A stretch of 64,000 nucleotides of DNA. It comes from the human T2T-CHM13v2.0 reference genome, Homo sapiens. Below are positions 18,005 to 33,744 of this stretch, in pieces. A model generated the notes under the pieces. It had not been told where the DNA came from, searched no databases, and saw nothing but the letters and a program-made list of their open reading frames with translations. Position numbers and translations under genes: made by a program. Location: the NCBI RefSeq assembly GCF_009914755.1, contig NC_060934.1; one strand, 5' to 3'. Each line of letters opens with the position of its first letter. The first letter of the stretch is position 1.

Positions 18005-20299
18005 GAATGACATCAGCAAGATGGCAGAATAAGATTTCCTAGTGCTTTTGCCCTTATAGAAACATCAGTTTGAACAGCTATCTACACATGAAAGTACCTT
18101 TACAACAGCTAAAGAAACCAGATGAGAGATTACAGCACTTGAATGTAACGCAGATGTAAGAAAGATGCATTGAATAGGGGAGGAAGGACAGTTTTACATA
18201 ATCTGCATCACTCCCTCCTTAACTTCGGGCAGCACAGTGTGGAGAGAGATATCCTTAATGTGAGGAAAGAAAGGTTAAATGAGCACTGGACTTCCTTGGA
18301 CCCCAACATTCAGCCCACTGGAGTAAAATCCAATGCCAGCCAGGCCCCTACAGCCACAAACTCTAGGCCAGTATCTGCAGACCCAGCCTCCAAGCCCACC
18401 CCAATGCCAGGCCAGCTCCTGTGGCTCTAGGCTTCTTCAGGCCAGCTCTGCAAATGCAGTCTCCAGTTTTGTCCCACCGTCAGACCAGCTCTAGCAGTCC
18501 CAGCCCCAGGCTGGCCCCAGAGGCCCCAGGCTTCAGGCTCGCCCCTATTCCAGGACATCTCCACAGACTCAAGCTTCAGGCCTGCCCCTGAAGGCCTCTC
18601 CAGGCTGACCCTACAGATGGAGCCTTCAGGCCCATTCTGGCACCAGTCCAGCTCCCACAGATTCAGCCTCTAGTCTTGCTCCACTTCCAGGCAAGCTCCA
18701 GTGATCCCAGCCTTCAGGCCCACCTCAGCACTAGGCTGGAATTTGCAGCCCTAGAGTCCAGGCCACCACCTGCAAACCAACACTGCCTCAACACTGAGCT
18801 TGCCCCATAGACTCAGTCTTCTGGGCTGCCCCAGCACCAAGCTGGACCCAGAGCTTCACACCCCAGACCGATCCCAGAGCCAGGTCAGCCCCAGTAGCTC
18901 CAGGCCCTAAGCTGGCCCCTGAAAACTCAGGCTTCACATGTACCTGAGGCTCCAAGCCTGCCCCATTGTCAGGTCAGCCCTAGCAGCTCCAGGCTTCAGA
19001 CTGCCACCAGCACTATACCAGCCTCTGTGACCCTATCCTCCAGACCAGTAGCAATCAACTAAGCTTTATTCCTGAGTTCAGACCCCAGGCCATCAAATCC
19101 AGCCTCAGATTCCAGGCCTATTTATGTGTATCCAACCTCTAGGCCTGCCTCAGTACCAGGCCAGTCTGCAGATACTGGTACAGGCCTGCCCAGTGTCAGG
19201 TAATTTTCTGTGGCCCCAGACTTGCCTCTGCAAACTCAGGTTCAAGGTCCAAGTTTGCTTCAGATTTACCCACTGTCAGGCTGGCTCTCACAACTCCAGG
19301 CTTTAGGCCAGCACCCATGGACCCAGCCTCTAGCTCCACCCTAGTGCCAGGTCAGCACCAACAAACCCCAGCACCAATCCATCTCCATGGAGCAAAGTTC
19401 CAGGCTCATCCAAGCACCTAGCTGTCCCTACAGACTCAGGCTAAAGGTCCACCCCTATACCAAGTCATTCTCCATGGACCCAGACATCAGACCAGTTCCC
19501 ACAAATAACAAGATTCAGGTCTGCCCCTGTGGGCCCAGTCAATTGGTTCACTCCAGTGGACCCTAGCTACAGACCTGATTTTGTGGATATGGCTTACAGA
19601 ATCATAGTGGATCCCAGTGCAAAGCCAGCCAATGTGGACCCAGGCTCTAGGCCCAACCTGGTAGACTCAGGCACCAGACCCACCTGCCTTCTCATCCAGC
19701 CACTAGGCCAGCCTGCCTGAGAACTCCAGCAGCAAGACTACTCATGAACTAAGCCAGATGACCAACCCATAGTCTCTGGTTGAGCTGAACGGTAAAGGGC
19801 TTTTTTTTTTTTTTTTTGCCAAGGCCAGTTTGTAAAGACTGGAATAAGTGCCTACTTCTTCAAATGTGAAAATACCAATGCATGGGCACAAGAATTATGA
19901 ACAATCAGGAAACATAACATCACCAAAGGAACAAAAAGAGCACTAGTAATTGACCCTACATAAATGGAGATTTATAAACTGTCTGACAGAAAGTTCAAAA
20001 TAATCTTAAGGAAATTCAGTTTACTACAAGAGAAAACAGACAACTAAGAAAAATCAGGAAAATAAGCAAAATGAACTCAATAAAGAGATAGAAATCATAC
20101 AAAAGAACCAGACAGAAATTCTAGAGCTAAAGAACTCAATGATTGAACTGGAAAATTCCATATTGCATTTCAATAGCAAAATAGATCAGGCAAAAGAAAG
20201 AATCAGTAAACTTGAACACAGATCATTTGAAATTACCCAGAGAAAAAAAGAAAATAAAAAAGTAAAAAAAAAAAAAACCCTACAAGAATTATGGGACAC
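18005..20299 (+). mobile_element. L1M 5'UTR with degenerate C-rich tandem array plus ORF1 start
   Basis: Start gacatcagcaagatggcag; ccagg/ccagc-rich repeats at 18340-19760; ORF1-like sequence from ~19880. Confidence 0.7.
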
Positions 20300-20520
20300 T
20301 GCTATAGTTTGAATATGTCCACCCAAAAGCATGCATTGGAAACTTAATTCCCAATGCAGCAGTGTTCAGAGGTGGAGCCTTAATGTGTGGTGATTAGGCC
20401 ATGAAGGCAGAGTGAATAGATTAATGCTATTATCACAGAGGAGTAGGTTTGTTATCTTAGGAGTGGGTTTATTATAAAAGGGGAAATTTGATTCCATCTG
20501 TCTTTCTTTTGCCCCCTTTG
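20300..20520 (+). mobile_element. MaLR LTR 5' part (MST/MLT1A-like)
   Basis: tgctatagtttgaatatgtcc...ggaaacttaattcccaatgc LTR start. Confidence 0.75.
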
Positions 20521-20522
20521 TG

Positions 20523-21190
20523 CTTCCAAAATACACTGGTGGGACAAGAATAGAATAGGCATTGCCATCCCAAAGTGACAAAATAGGTAAGATAAAAGGA
20601 GATAACTGGCTCCAAGTAAGTCCAAAATACAACAAGGAAAGCAACGTTAAATCTTAAAACTAGAGAATACATTTTTTTGACTTCATGTTCCACCCTCTGA
20701 GCACACTTGGGTGGGGGTTGGGCCCTCAAAGTCTCAGGCAGCCCCATCTCTATGCCTTTGCTGGCCTCAGCCCAGACAGCAACCCTCATGGGTTGGAGTC
20801 TTGTGCCTGCAGCTTTCCCAGACTGGCATTACACCTTAGTGGTCTACAGTTTTGAAATCTCATGGCCAGCCCCACTCCCAAGGCTCCACTATGCCTAGTG
20901 GTAACTCTGACTCCACGGCCCGCTCAGCATTGTTCTATTGGGGGCTGTCTGTGGTGGCTCAGCCCCTGTGACATGTTTCTGTCCGGGACCCCAGACTGTC
21001 CATGACATTCTCTGAAATCTAGGTGGAGGAAGACATGCCCCCACACTCTTGCATTCTGCATGCCTGCGGAACTAACACCACATAAACACCACCAAGGCCG
21101 ACTGCTTGTGTCCTCTGGAGTGCTAGCCCAGACTGCACCTGGGGCCATTGGCACCACAGCTGGAGCAGCCAAGGAGCACCTTGCCATTCC
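20523..21190 (-). mobile_element. MaLR (MST-like) internal fragment
   Basis: Reverse complement of the MST/THE1-int 3' region (aaatcttaaaactagagaat...ctgaaatctaggtggagg). Confidence 0.75.
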
Positions 21191-21199
21191 TGGGTCCTG

Positions 21200-23765
<2,566 letters not shown>

Positions 23766-24269
23766 TACACCTTCTTCTTATTAGGGTGTATTAATCTTGA
23801 ATACTTTCACTTAGGTGAAATTTGGTGTTAGTCATGCAATTCAGGGAAGACTTTAGAATACAAAGGATTTACTGACATGATTCTTTACTACTTTTATGTC
23901 TGGTAGTAGATTACATATGTCCATTGGAAGATTACGTAATCAAGGCTGAACAACTAAAAGGTTATTCCCTTCAAGAATAAAATTTTGAGCCATCTTAACT
24001 AGGGAAGAGCCTTAGGTAGCCAAGCAGTTGGCTGTGGGAAAGGGAGGACATGGAATTATTGGTGGAAAGAAGTGAAAAATATAAATTGAAGCCTTGTAAT
24101 GGATTATAAATCCATTACTGTAGTACCTGTACATATTTTAATGTATATATTAGTCATGTTTTTTTCTCCCTTTCTGTCTCTTAGTCTTATGTGTTTTGAT
24201 ATTAGCTTTACAATTTACTTATAAATCAAAAAACATCTGAATGAGATCAGAAAGACAGAATAACCTTTA

Positions 24270-27030
24270 TTAGTACCACTTTTGCTGTATCCCATACATT
24301 TGGTATGTTGCATTCCCATTTTCATTTGTTTCAAGAAATTTTACATTTCCTTAATTTCTTTATTCATACATTTGTTATTCAAGAAAATGTTGTTTAATTT
24401 CCATGTGTTAATACAATTTCCAAGGTTTGTCATATTATTGATTGTAGTGCATTTATTACATTGTGCTTCAAAAAATGCTTGGTAGAATTTCTTTATTTTT
24501 GAATTTATCGAGACTGTTTTGTGGTATAACTATGATCTATTCTGGAGAATATTCCATGTGCTGACAAAAACTGAGTATTCTACAGCAGTTGTGTGAAATA
24601 GTTTCTAAATGTCAGTTAGGCCTGTTTGGTCTAGTATGTAGTTTAACTTCAAAGTTTCCTGTTTTTCTACTTTTATATTAGGTTCAGGGTATATGTGGAG
24701 GTTTGTTACATGGGTAAATTGCATATTGCTAAGGCTTGGTGTATGAAAGATCTCATCACCAAGGTGGTGAGCATAGTACTCCATAGGTAGCCTTCCCACC
24801 CATGTCCCTCTCCCACTCTCCTCCACATCAGGCAGTCCCCAGTATCTATTGTTCCCATCCTTGTGTCCACATTGCAGTATTTGGTTTTCTGTCCCTGCAT
24901 TGTCTTAGGATAGTGGCCTCTAGTTGCATCTATGTTGCTGCAAAGGACATGATTTTATTCTTTTTTATAGTTGCATCATTTCCGTGGTGTATTGTACCAT
25001 ATTTTCTTTATCCAGTCCACAGTTGATGACAATCATGGTTGATTCCATGTCTTTGCTATTGTGAATAGTGCAGTAATGAACTTTTGAGTGCATGTGTCTT
25101 TTTGGTAGAATGATTTATTTTCCTTTGTGTATATAACCAACAGTGGCATTGTTAGGACAAATGGTAGTTCTATTTTGAGTTCTCTGGGAAATTTCCACAC
25201 TGCTTTCCACAGTGGCTGAACTAAGTTACATTCCCACCAGCATTATTATAGAAGTGTTTCCTTTTATTTTTCAACATTGCCAGCATCTGTTGTTTTTTTG
25301 ACTTCTTAAAAGTAGCTGTTCTGACTAGTGTGATATGTTATCTCATGGCTTTGATTTGTATCTCTCTAATATTAGTGATAATGAGCAATTTTTCATATAT
25401 ATTTTCATATATTTGTTGGTGCATGTATGTCTTCTTTTGATACATGTCCTTTGCCCATATTTTAATGGGGTTATTTGCTTTTGCTTGCTGATTTATGTTC
25501 CTTATAGATTATGGATATTAGACTTTTGTCAAATGCATAGTGAGGGTGAACAGATCAGACTTTCCCCAGTTCCATAGGAAAGTCAGCCCTGTTCTCTCTA
25601 GGTATGGCAGCCTACTCAGGCTAGAGACGTCCCTTCCTTAGGAGCTGTTCAGGGTCTGGAAAGCATCCTAGTGCTTGGCAACCCCATGTAGGGTTCCCAG
25701 ATTTCTCCCCATTTAGTCTTGGCATCTGGATCAATCAATATTGAATAGATTCAATATTTCAGTTGAATCTATTTGGTTTTCTCTGACTTTCCTATACCTG
25801 AATATTTATATCTTTCTCAGGGTTTGGAAAGTTTTCTGTTATTCTTAAAAATAAACTTTGCATTCCTTTTTCTTGCTCAGTTTCCTCTTGAACAGTAATA
25901 ATTCTTAGATTTGGTCTTTTGAGGTTTTTAAATATTTTGTAGGCAATCTTCGTTCCATGTCATTCTTTGTTCTTCCCCCCTTCACTCTGTATTTTCAATT
26001 AGGTTTTCTTCAGGCTCACTGGTTTTTCCTCTGCTTGATCTATTCTGCTGTTGAGAGCCTCTAAAAATTTTTCAGTTAAGCAAATGTATTTCTCAGCGCC
26101 AAGATTTGTTTGATTTTTAAAATTATTTCAATCTCTGTTAAATTTCTGTGATAGATTTCTGAATTGCTTTTATTTGTAATCTTGTAGACTACTGAGTTTC
26201 CTTAAAACTTCTATTTTGAATTTTTGGTCGGAAAACTCTCATCATCTCATTAGCATCAGTCATTGTTTTTTTGCTTTTCCAATTGAAGAAGTCATGGTTC
26301 CTTGTTTGCTGTTATTTATTGGGGATGTATTCCTGTATCTTTGCATTTAAGGATTAATTATTTATTTGTCTTCTTTGTCTGGCTTGTTTTGGGTTTTATT
26401 AGATACATTTGCTTAGAGATTCTTTGCAATTTCCATATTAAATTTTTTTCACTGCCTTATTTTTGGCACTAGGTGGAGCCTTAAACCCAGGTTTCCCTTG
26501 GCCTTAGTAAACAAAGCAATGCCCTTCTCAAAGTGGGGGTTCCCAAAGGTGTGGGAAGGGTAGCTGGAAGTTTGTGCCCAGAGGACCTGTGGAATATACC
26601 TCCTACACAATAGTGCTTCTTATATGTTATTAAATTTTCTCTTGCTGCGTTTGGATCCTATATTTGTTTTGGGCCTTTGAGAGCCACTCTTAGTAGCCAC
26701 TGATTTGACATCCCCTTTGGCCAAGTTACAGAGCAGTTTTGAGGGCTAAGGATGATAGGCTTACTTCTCCCTCTGTCTCCTCTGTCCTCAGGGATATTTC
26801 TCACTTCAGGCTCTCTTATTCTTCCCAGGGATTGAGGCAGGGACAAGTCGCTGTCTGCTTTGAGTTTTTGTTGCTTCTCTGTGGTCCTAAAAATTGTCTC
26901 ATTCTCATAATGGGTTCTTGGATATTGCTGGTCATAATATTGATGCTGTATATTTCTTTATGGCTTTCTGTGGGGGAAAGGGAGTAAAGCCAGATTGCTT
27001 CTATGCCAACATTTTAAAATCAGAAGCTTT
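24270..27030 (-). mobile_element. Old L1 mosaic (ORF2 start, ORF1, 5'UTR) with a nested L1PA/PB 3' fragment at ~24660-25540
   Basis: Antisense L1 motifs throughout; L1 5'-end-like sequence near 27000-27027. Confidence 0.7.
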
Positions 27031-27737
27031 CAATACTCAATTATTGTTTAGTAATCTCCCACCAACTGTCTTAAGTCTGTGGGTTCTCATTTGCTCACAG
27101 ATAATTCTGCTACAAACCTCACATCTGCCTGCATTTCTGGCTGCAACTATGTGCAAAGGATAATGGCATATCTTCTATCTCCCAAATATAGTATGGATAT
27201 CTTTTTTTGGTAAATTCTATCTTAGAAAAATACAGAGAAATGGATTTAGCAATGTAGTTTCCTAAACTTTCTGTGCAGAGAATAGATCTTAGAAACATGG
27301 AGCAATGATACTTATTTGCCATGCCCAAAATGCTTCTTTCAGTTTCTCAAATGTTTTATATTTCACTCCATCAGAGGACCTTTGCACTTGCTTTTCACAC
27401 TTTATGAGATATCTATTTCCCAGAATTCAGTATTTGGAATTCCTGAAGAAGAATAAATAAAATGTACAATATATTATAAGGCATAATTGAAGAATTAATT
27501 TTACAATAATGGATGACCCAAATTTATAAGTCGAAAAGACATCCCAGGACAAATTGGGAATTAATAACATATAAAAATAACCTGGTGAAATTTACTGGCC
27601 TTTTAAAATTATTTTAAATATACAGAATTCTAGGGGCATCAGACTTTACCCTCTCCTCCAAAAATTCCACACAAAATTTAAAAGACAATCTACTTAAGAC
27701 GGGGGAAGAAACAAGGTGACCTCAAAATTGTTCTAAG

Positions 27738-28397
27738 AAGTCATTATATGAAAAGATACTTGCACACGCATGTTTATAAGCAGCATAATTCACAATTGCA
27801 AAAATGTGGAACCAACCTAAATGCCCATCAATCAACGAGTGGATAAACTGTGGTATGTGTATGTATATATGTGTGTGTGTGTATATATATATGTATATAT
27901 ATACACACATATACACACACATATATATGTGTATATATATGCGTATATATATGTGTGTATATATATGCGTATATATATACATATGTGTATATATACATAT
28001 ATAATATATATCATGGAATACTACTCAGCCACAAAAAGGAATGAATTGATGGCATTATCAGTGACATGGGTGACATTGGAGTCTATTATTCTAAGTGAAG
28101 TAACTCAGGAATGGAAAACCAAGCATTGTATGTTCTCACTCATAAGTGGGAGCTAAGCTACGAGGATGCAAAGGCATAAGAATGACACAATGGACTTTGG
28201 GGACTCAAAAGCAAAGGGTAGGGAGGGAGTAAGGGATAAAAGGCTACAAATTGGGTGCAGTGTATACTGCTCGTCTGATGGGCGCACCAAAATCTCACAA
28301 ATCACCACTAAAGAACTTATATAACCAACACCACCTGTTCCCCAATGATTATGGAAATAAAAACATAGTTTAAAAAATAAATAAAAAATAAAACAAA
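27738..28397 (+). mobile_element. L1PB1-like 3' fragment
   Basis: ORF2 end SLISGS; 3'UTR gagctaagctacgaggatgcaaaggcataagaatg; A-rich tail. Confidence 0.85.
27853..28011. repeat. Compound (TA/TG/CA)n microsatellite inside L1PB
   Basis: Alternating purine-pyrimidine run seen directly. Confidence 0.95.
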
Positions 28398-28402
28398 AGG
28401 GA

Positions 28403-31400
28403 AAAAATTTGCTAGTGGGTCATTAGGGGTGATGGTGAGTGGTGCCACTTCCACCCCTTGATTACTGGACCCATGAATCCTGGCTATGGGGGAACGAGTA
28501 CCACAAACTGGGTGTTGATTCAGAGCATATACAGCCTTCTGGAGAACTTTGCCCCAGCCCTGTAAAGTATTGCCACCTAATTGGCATTGTAATTGTGACT
28601 TCAAAAGGCCATTCCACCTTTCTATCAATCCAGCTGCTTCAGGATGATAGGGAACATGGTAAGACCAGTGAATTCCATGAGCATGAGTCTACTGCTGCAC
28701 TTCTTTATCTATAAAGTGAATACCTTGGTCAGAGGCAATACTACGTGGAATACCATGATGGTGGATAAAGCATTCCATGAGTCCATGGATAGTAGTTTTG
28801 GCAGAATCATTGTATGCATCATAGGCAAACGCATAACTGGAGTACGTGTCTATTCTGGTGAGGACAAACCTCTGCCCTTTCCATGATAACAGAGGTCCAA
28901 TATAATCAACCTGCCACCAAGTAGCTGGCTGATCACCCCGAGGAATGGTGCCATATAGAGGGCTCAGTGTTGGTCTTTGCTGCTGGCAAATTGGACACAC
29001 AGCAGTGGCCGTAGCCAGATCAGCCTTGGTGAGTGGAAGTCCACATTGCTGAGCCCATGCGTAACCTCCATCCCTGCCACCATGGCCACTTTGTTCATGG
29101 GCCCATTGGGCAATGACAGGCGTGGCTGAGGAAAGAGGCTGAGTGGTGTCCACAGAACGGGTCATCCTCTCCACTTGATTATTAAAGTCCTCCTCTGCTG
29201 AGGTCACCCGTTGGTGAGCACTCACTTGGGATACAAATATCTTCACAGTTTTTGACCATTCAGAGAGGTCCATCCACATACCTCTTCCCCAAATGTCTTT
29301 GTCACCAATTTTTCACTCATGCTTCTTCCAAGACCCTGACCATCCAGGCAAACTATTGGCTACAGCCCATGAATCAGCATATAATTGCACATCTGGCCAT
29401 TTCTCCTTCCATGCAGAGTGCACAACCAGGTGCACTGCTCAAAGTTCTGCCCACTGGGAAAATTTCTCTTCACTGCTGTCCTTCAGGGATGTCCTAGAAA
29501 GGGGCTGTAGTGCTGTAGCTGTCCACTGTTGGGTGGTGCCTGTGTATCATGCAGAATCATCTGTGAACCAGACCCTACTATTCTCTTCCTCTGTCCACTG
29601 ATCATAGGGAACTCCCCATGGGGCCACTGGTGCAGGCTAGGGGAGAGAAGGCAGGGTGGCAGGAGTGGGGACCATGGGCATTTGAGCCACTTCCTCATGT
29701 AACTTACTTGTGCCTTTAGGAGCTGCTCGAGCCCGATCATGTATATACCACTTCCATTTGATGATGGAATGCTGCTGCGTATCACCTACTTTATGGCTAG
29801 ATGGGTCAGAAAGCACCCAGTTCATGATAAGCAGTTCAGGTTGCATTGTGACTTGATGACCCATAGTCAAATGTTTAGTTTCTACCAAAGCCCAGTAACA
29901 GGCCAAGAGCTGACTCTCAAAAGGAGAATGATTATCTGCAGAAGACGGCAGGGCCTTGCTCCAAAATCCGAGAGGGCTCCACTGTGATTCACCTATGGGG
30001 GCCTGCCAATGTCTCCAAACAGCATCCCTATCTGCCACTGACACTTCACGCACCATTGGGTATGCTGGGTCATATGACCCAAATGGCAGAGCAGCTTGCA
30101 TAGCACCCTGGACTTATTGCAGAGCCTTCTCCTGTTCTGGACCCCACTAAAAATTGGCAGCCTTTTGGGTCCCTGGATAAATGGGCCAAAATAACACACC
30201 AAAATGAGGAATGTGTTGCCTCCAAAATCCAAATAGGCCCACTAGGTGTTGTGACTCCTTCTTGGTTGTAGGAGGGGCCAAATGCAGCAACTTATCCTTC
30301 ACCTTTCTAAGGTGATATTCTAAGGAATATCTTGACAGGCCCCACACCACTGGATCCCTAGAAATTTTACTGAGGTAAAAGGTCCCTGAATTTTAGTTGG
30401 ATTTATTTCCCATCCTCTGGCATGCAAATGTCTCACCAATAAGTCCAGTGTGTTTGCTACTTCTCACTCTCTGGATCCAATCAGCATAATGTCATCAATA
30501 TAATGGACCAGTGTGATATCTTGTGGAAGGGAAAAGCAAACAAGATCTCTCCAAACAAGATTATGACACAAAGCTGGAGAGTTGATATATCCCTGAGGTA
30601 GTACAGTAAAGGTATGTTGCTGGCCTTGCCCACTGAAGGCAAATTGCTTCTGGTGGGCCTTATGGACAGGAATGGAGCAAAAGGCATTTGCCAAGTCAGT
30701 GGCCACATACCAGGTATCAGGAGATGTGTTAATTTGCTCAAGCAATGAAACTACATCTGATACAGCAGCTGCAGTTGGAGTAAACCCTTTGTTAAGCTTA
30801 CGATAATCCACTATCATTCTCCAAGATCCACCTGTCTTCTACACAGGCCAAATGGGAGAGTTGAACAGGGATGTGGTGGGAATCACCACCCCTGCATCTT
30901 TCAAGACCTTGATGGTGGCAGTAATCTCTGCAATTTTTGTAAGGATGCGATATTATTTTGATGTATGATTTTTCTAGGTAGAGGCAGTTCTAATGGCTTC
31001 CATTTGGCCTTTCCCACCATAACAGCCCTCACTTTACCAGTCAGGGAGCCAATGTGGAGGTTCTGCCAGCTACTAAGTATGTCTGTCCCAATTATGCATT
31101 CTGGCACTGGGGAAATGACCACAGGGTGAGTCCAAGGACCCACTGGAGCCACTCTATGTTGGATCTGAGCTAAAACTCCATTAATTACCTGACCTCCATA
31201 AGCCCCTACCTTAACTGGAGGATCACAATAACATTTTTGAGTCCCCCGGAATCAATGTCAGCTCAGAGCCAGTGACCAGTAGTCCCTGAAAGGTCTGATT
31301 ATTTCCCTTTCCCCTATGCACAGTTACCCTAGTAAAAGGCTGGAGGTCTCTTTGGGGAAAGATGGAAGAAAGATTAACAGCATAAACTGTTGGTAGTGTA

Positions 31401-33230
31401 GTGGGATCCTTCCTCAAGGGGATCCAGCCTTTCCTTCAAGTAAAGTGGTTCAAGTTTACAAACTGTAAACTGGTTCAAGTCTGGAAATTGGTTGAGGGTC
31501 CATGATTCTGTCTTTATAATTCAAATCAGTCTTTTGTCCACTTGACATGGAATTTTCTGCTTATATAAATTAAGTAAAAATGCAGTGGGCTTCCTAGCAA
31601 TTTCACTTCTAGAAACACCGTGATTAATTAGCCAATGCCAGAGCTCTACATGAGTCAGACTATTCTGATTGCTACTTTGCCTCTGCTGTCCATTGCAGTA
31701 ACTATGCCCACCTTGCCTTTGATGGTTGAGTGCCACCGCTTGGCCTCTGCCATCTTGGGATCCAATTATTCCCACTGCATTTAAATTTTATAGCTGAAGT
31801 GACTGTGGTTCCCACTGTAAGATCGGCATACAGAGAAGAGCAATCACAGAGCTCTTCAAGGATGCAGGTGCTGCCCACACAAATCTATTTCTCGAAGTAT
31901 TGGTCAAGATTATGTCTTCTGGACCCTCCCAGCTGGGATGAGTAGGTCTAAAGTGACTAATCCACTCTAGCATCCTGATCTCCTAAGACTTTGGATCTTT
32001 TTCTCTACATTAAACCAAGAGAGATCAGGCATTTCCAGCTCGCTCACAGTGGGCCATCTTTTAATCCATATTTCAGCTAACAAAGCCAATAAACTATTAG
32101 AATCTTTTTTAACTCCCCAGTCTGCAACATTAAATGCAGAATCCCTGCTTAGTGGGCCTAAATCAATAAATTAAGCCTGTTCCAACTTTGTGTTCCTTCC
32201 ACCATTATCCTACACCCTTAATATTCATTCTCATGCATGTGCTCCAGATTTCTGCTTAAATAAATTAGAAAACTCAAGCAGTTCTTTTGGAGTGTAGTGC
32301 ACCTCCATGTGGGTTACACTTTGAACCTCAACTCCAGGGGTCTGCCAGGACTTCAGCCTAATTATAGGTCTAGAAGCAAACAGGGGTGTTGGGAGTGGGT
32401 CCTGAGGAAAATCAGCATTGTCTTGCCTGGCACCTGCCCCAAGGGAGGCCATCACTGTTACCTCAGGCAGTGCAGGGTTAATTTCCTCAGCAAATGTGGA
32501 AGGGCTGATGGCAGCGTGGGTCATAGATTGGGAAGGGGATGTTGCCACCACTTGGAGTGGGGAGGCTGTTTCCTCCGCCCAAAAAGTCTCATCAGAATTT
32601 AGGAGCTCAGTGCCTCCAGCCTCATCAGGGTCCTCCCACATGTCCCCATTTTAAGTTGCATGGTCCCATTCTTTTCCAATCAATGTCCTCACTTTAATAG
32701 TGGATACCTGGTGAGGTTGTGCATGCATCTTTTGTTGCAGGTCAGCCACTCACAGGATAAGAGCTTGTGTCTGATTTTCCACAATTTCAGCTTTTTTTCT
32801 ACAGAAGATAAGACTCTCACTTAGGGCAACCTTAGAAGATTTGAGGCTTAGTATGTGCTTCTAGAGCCGGGAGATAGAATCCCTGACTTCATTTTCTTTT
32901 ATCACATTGTCTAGTGAACTTAGGAGCAACCAACCAACTTCTTTACATTCCGTAGTTCTTCACATATGGTCAAAGGTATTATGTATAGAGTTACTAAACT
33001 CCTTGCATCTCTTGAGCAGTGAATCAGGAGTATCAAATGCATTTATTTTGCATAACTCTCTAAACAGTTCACACCAAGAACTATCAGTGTTCTCCATACT
33101 ATTAGAAGTAGAATCCTTAGCATTTTTGGGTCTAATCATATTAAGCAGGCAACTCCAGAAACCCCAAAGGCAACTAAATACTCCATCCTTAAAATTCTGT
33201 TCCTCTAGAACCACTCCCAGTACCAAAATC
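28403..33230 (-). mobile_element. HERV-L internal region (gag, pro, RT, RNase H, IN; disrupted), 3'-truncated
   Basis: RT peptides [24 protein letters not shown]; integrase WWQVDYIGP, IASDQG; gag MWEDPDEAG. Confidence 0.95.
33211..33225 (-). promoter_or_regulatory. Primer-binding site (tRNA-Leu type) of HERV-L
   Basis: Minus strand reads tggtactgggagtgg just inside the 5' LTR. Confidence 0.8.
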
Positions 33231-33743
33231 TGTATTAGGGTTCTCTTGAGGGCTGGACTAAGAGGATAGATATATAGACAAAAGGGAGTTTATTAAGGAG
33301 TATTGACTCACACAATCAAAAGGTGAGGTTCCTCAGTAGGCCATCTGCAAGCTGAGGAGCAAGGAATCCAGTCCTATTTCCAAAACCTCAAAAGTAGGGA
33401 AGCTGACAGTGCAGCAGAAGGCCTGAGAGCCCCTGGAAAACTACTGGTGTAGGTCCAAGAGTCCAAAAGCTGAAGAACTTCGAGTCTGGTGTTGAAGGGC
33501 AGGAAGCATCCAGCACAGGTGAAAGATGTAGGCTAGGAGACTAAGCCAGTTTAGTCTTTCACATTCTTCTGCCTGCTTTTATTCTGGCCATTCTGGCAGC
33601 TGATTAGGTGGTGCCCACCCAGATTGAGAGTGGATCTGCCTCTCCTAGTCCACTGACTCAAATGTTAATTTCCTTTGGCAACACCCTCACAGACACACCC
33701 AGGAACAATACTTTGCATCCTTCAATCCAATCACATTGATACC
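33231..33743 (-). mobile_element. MLT2A2-like 5' LTR
   Basis: tgtattagggttctc end; carries the ctcaaaagtagggaagctgacagtgcagc segment absent from the LTRs at 55917/60401; outer end slightly truncated. Confidence 0.85.
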
Positions 33744-33744
33744 T

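Noticed and set aside
27722-28156. Tyr/Ile/Val/Cys-rich ORFs
   Set aside because: Dinucleotide microsatellite read-through inside L1PB.
28689-32641. Domesticated retroviral gene from long gag/pol ORFs
   Set aside because: ORFs are fragmented as expected for neutral decay of HERV-L.
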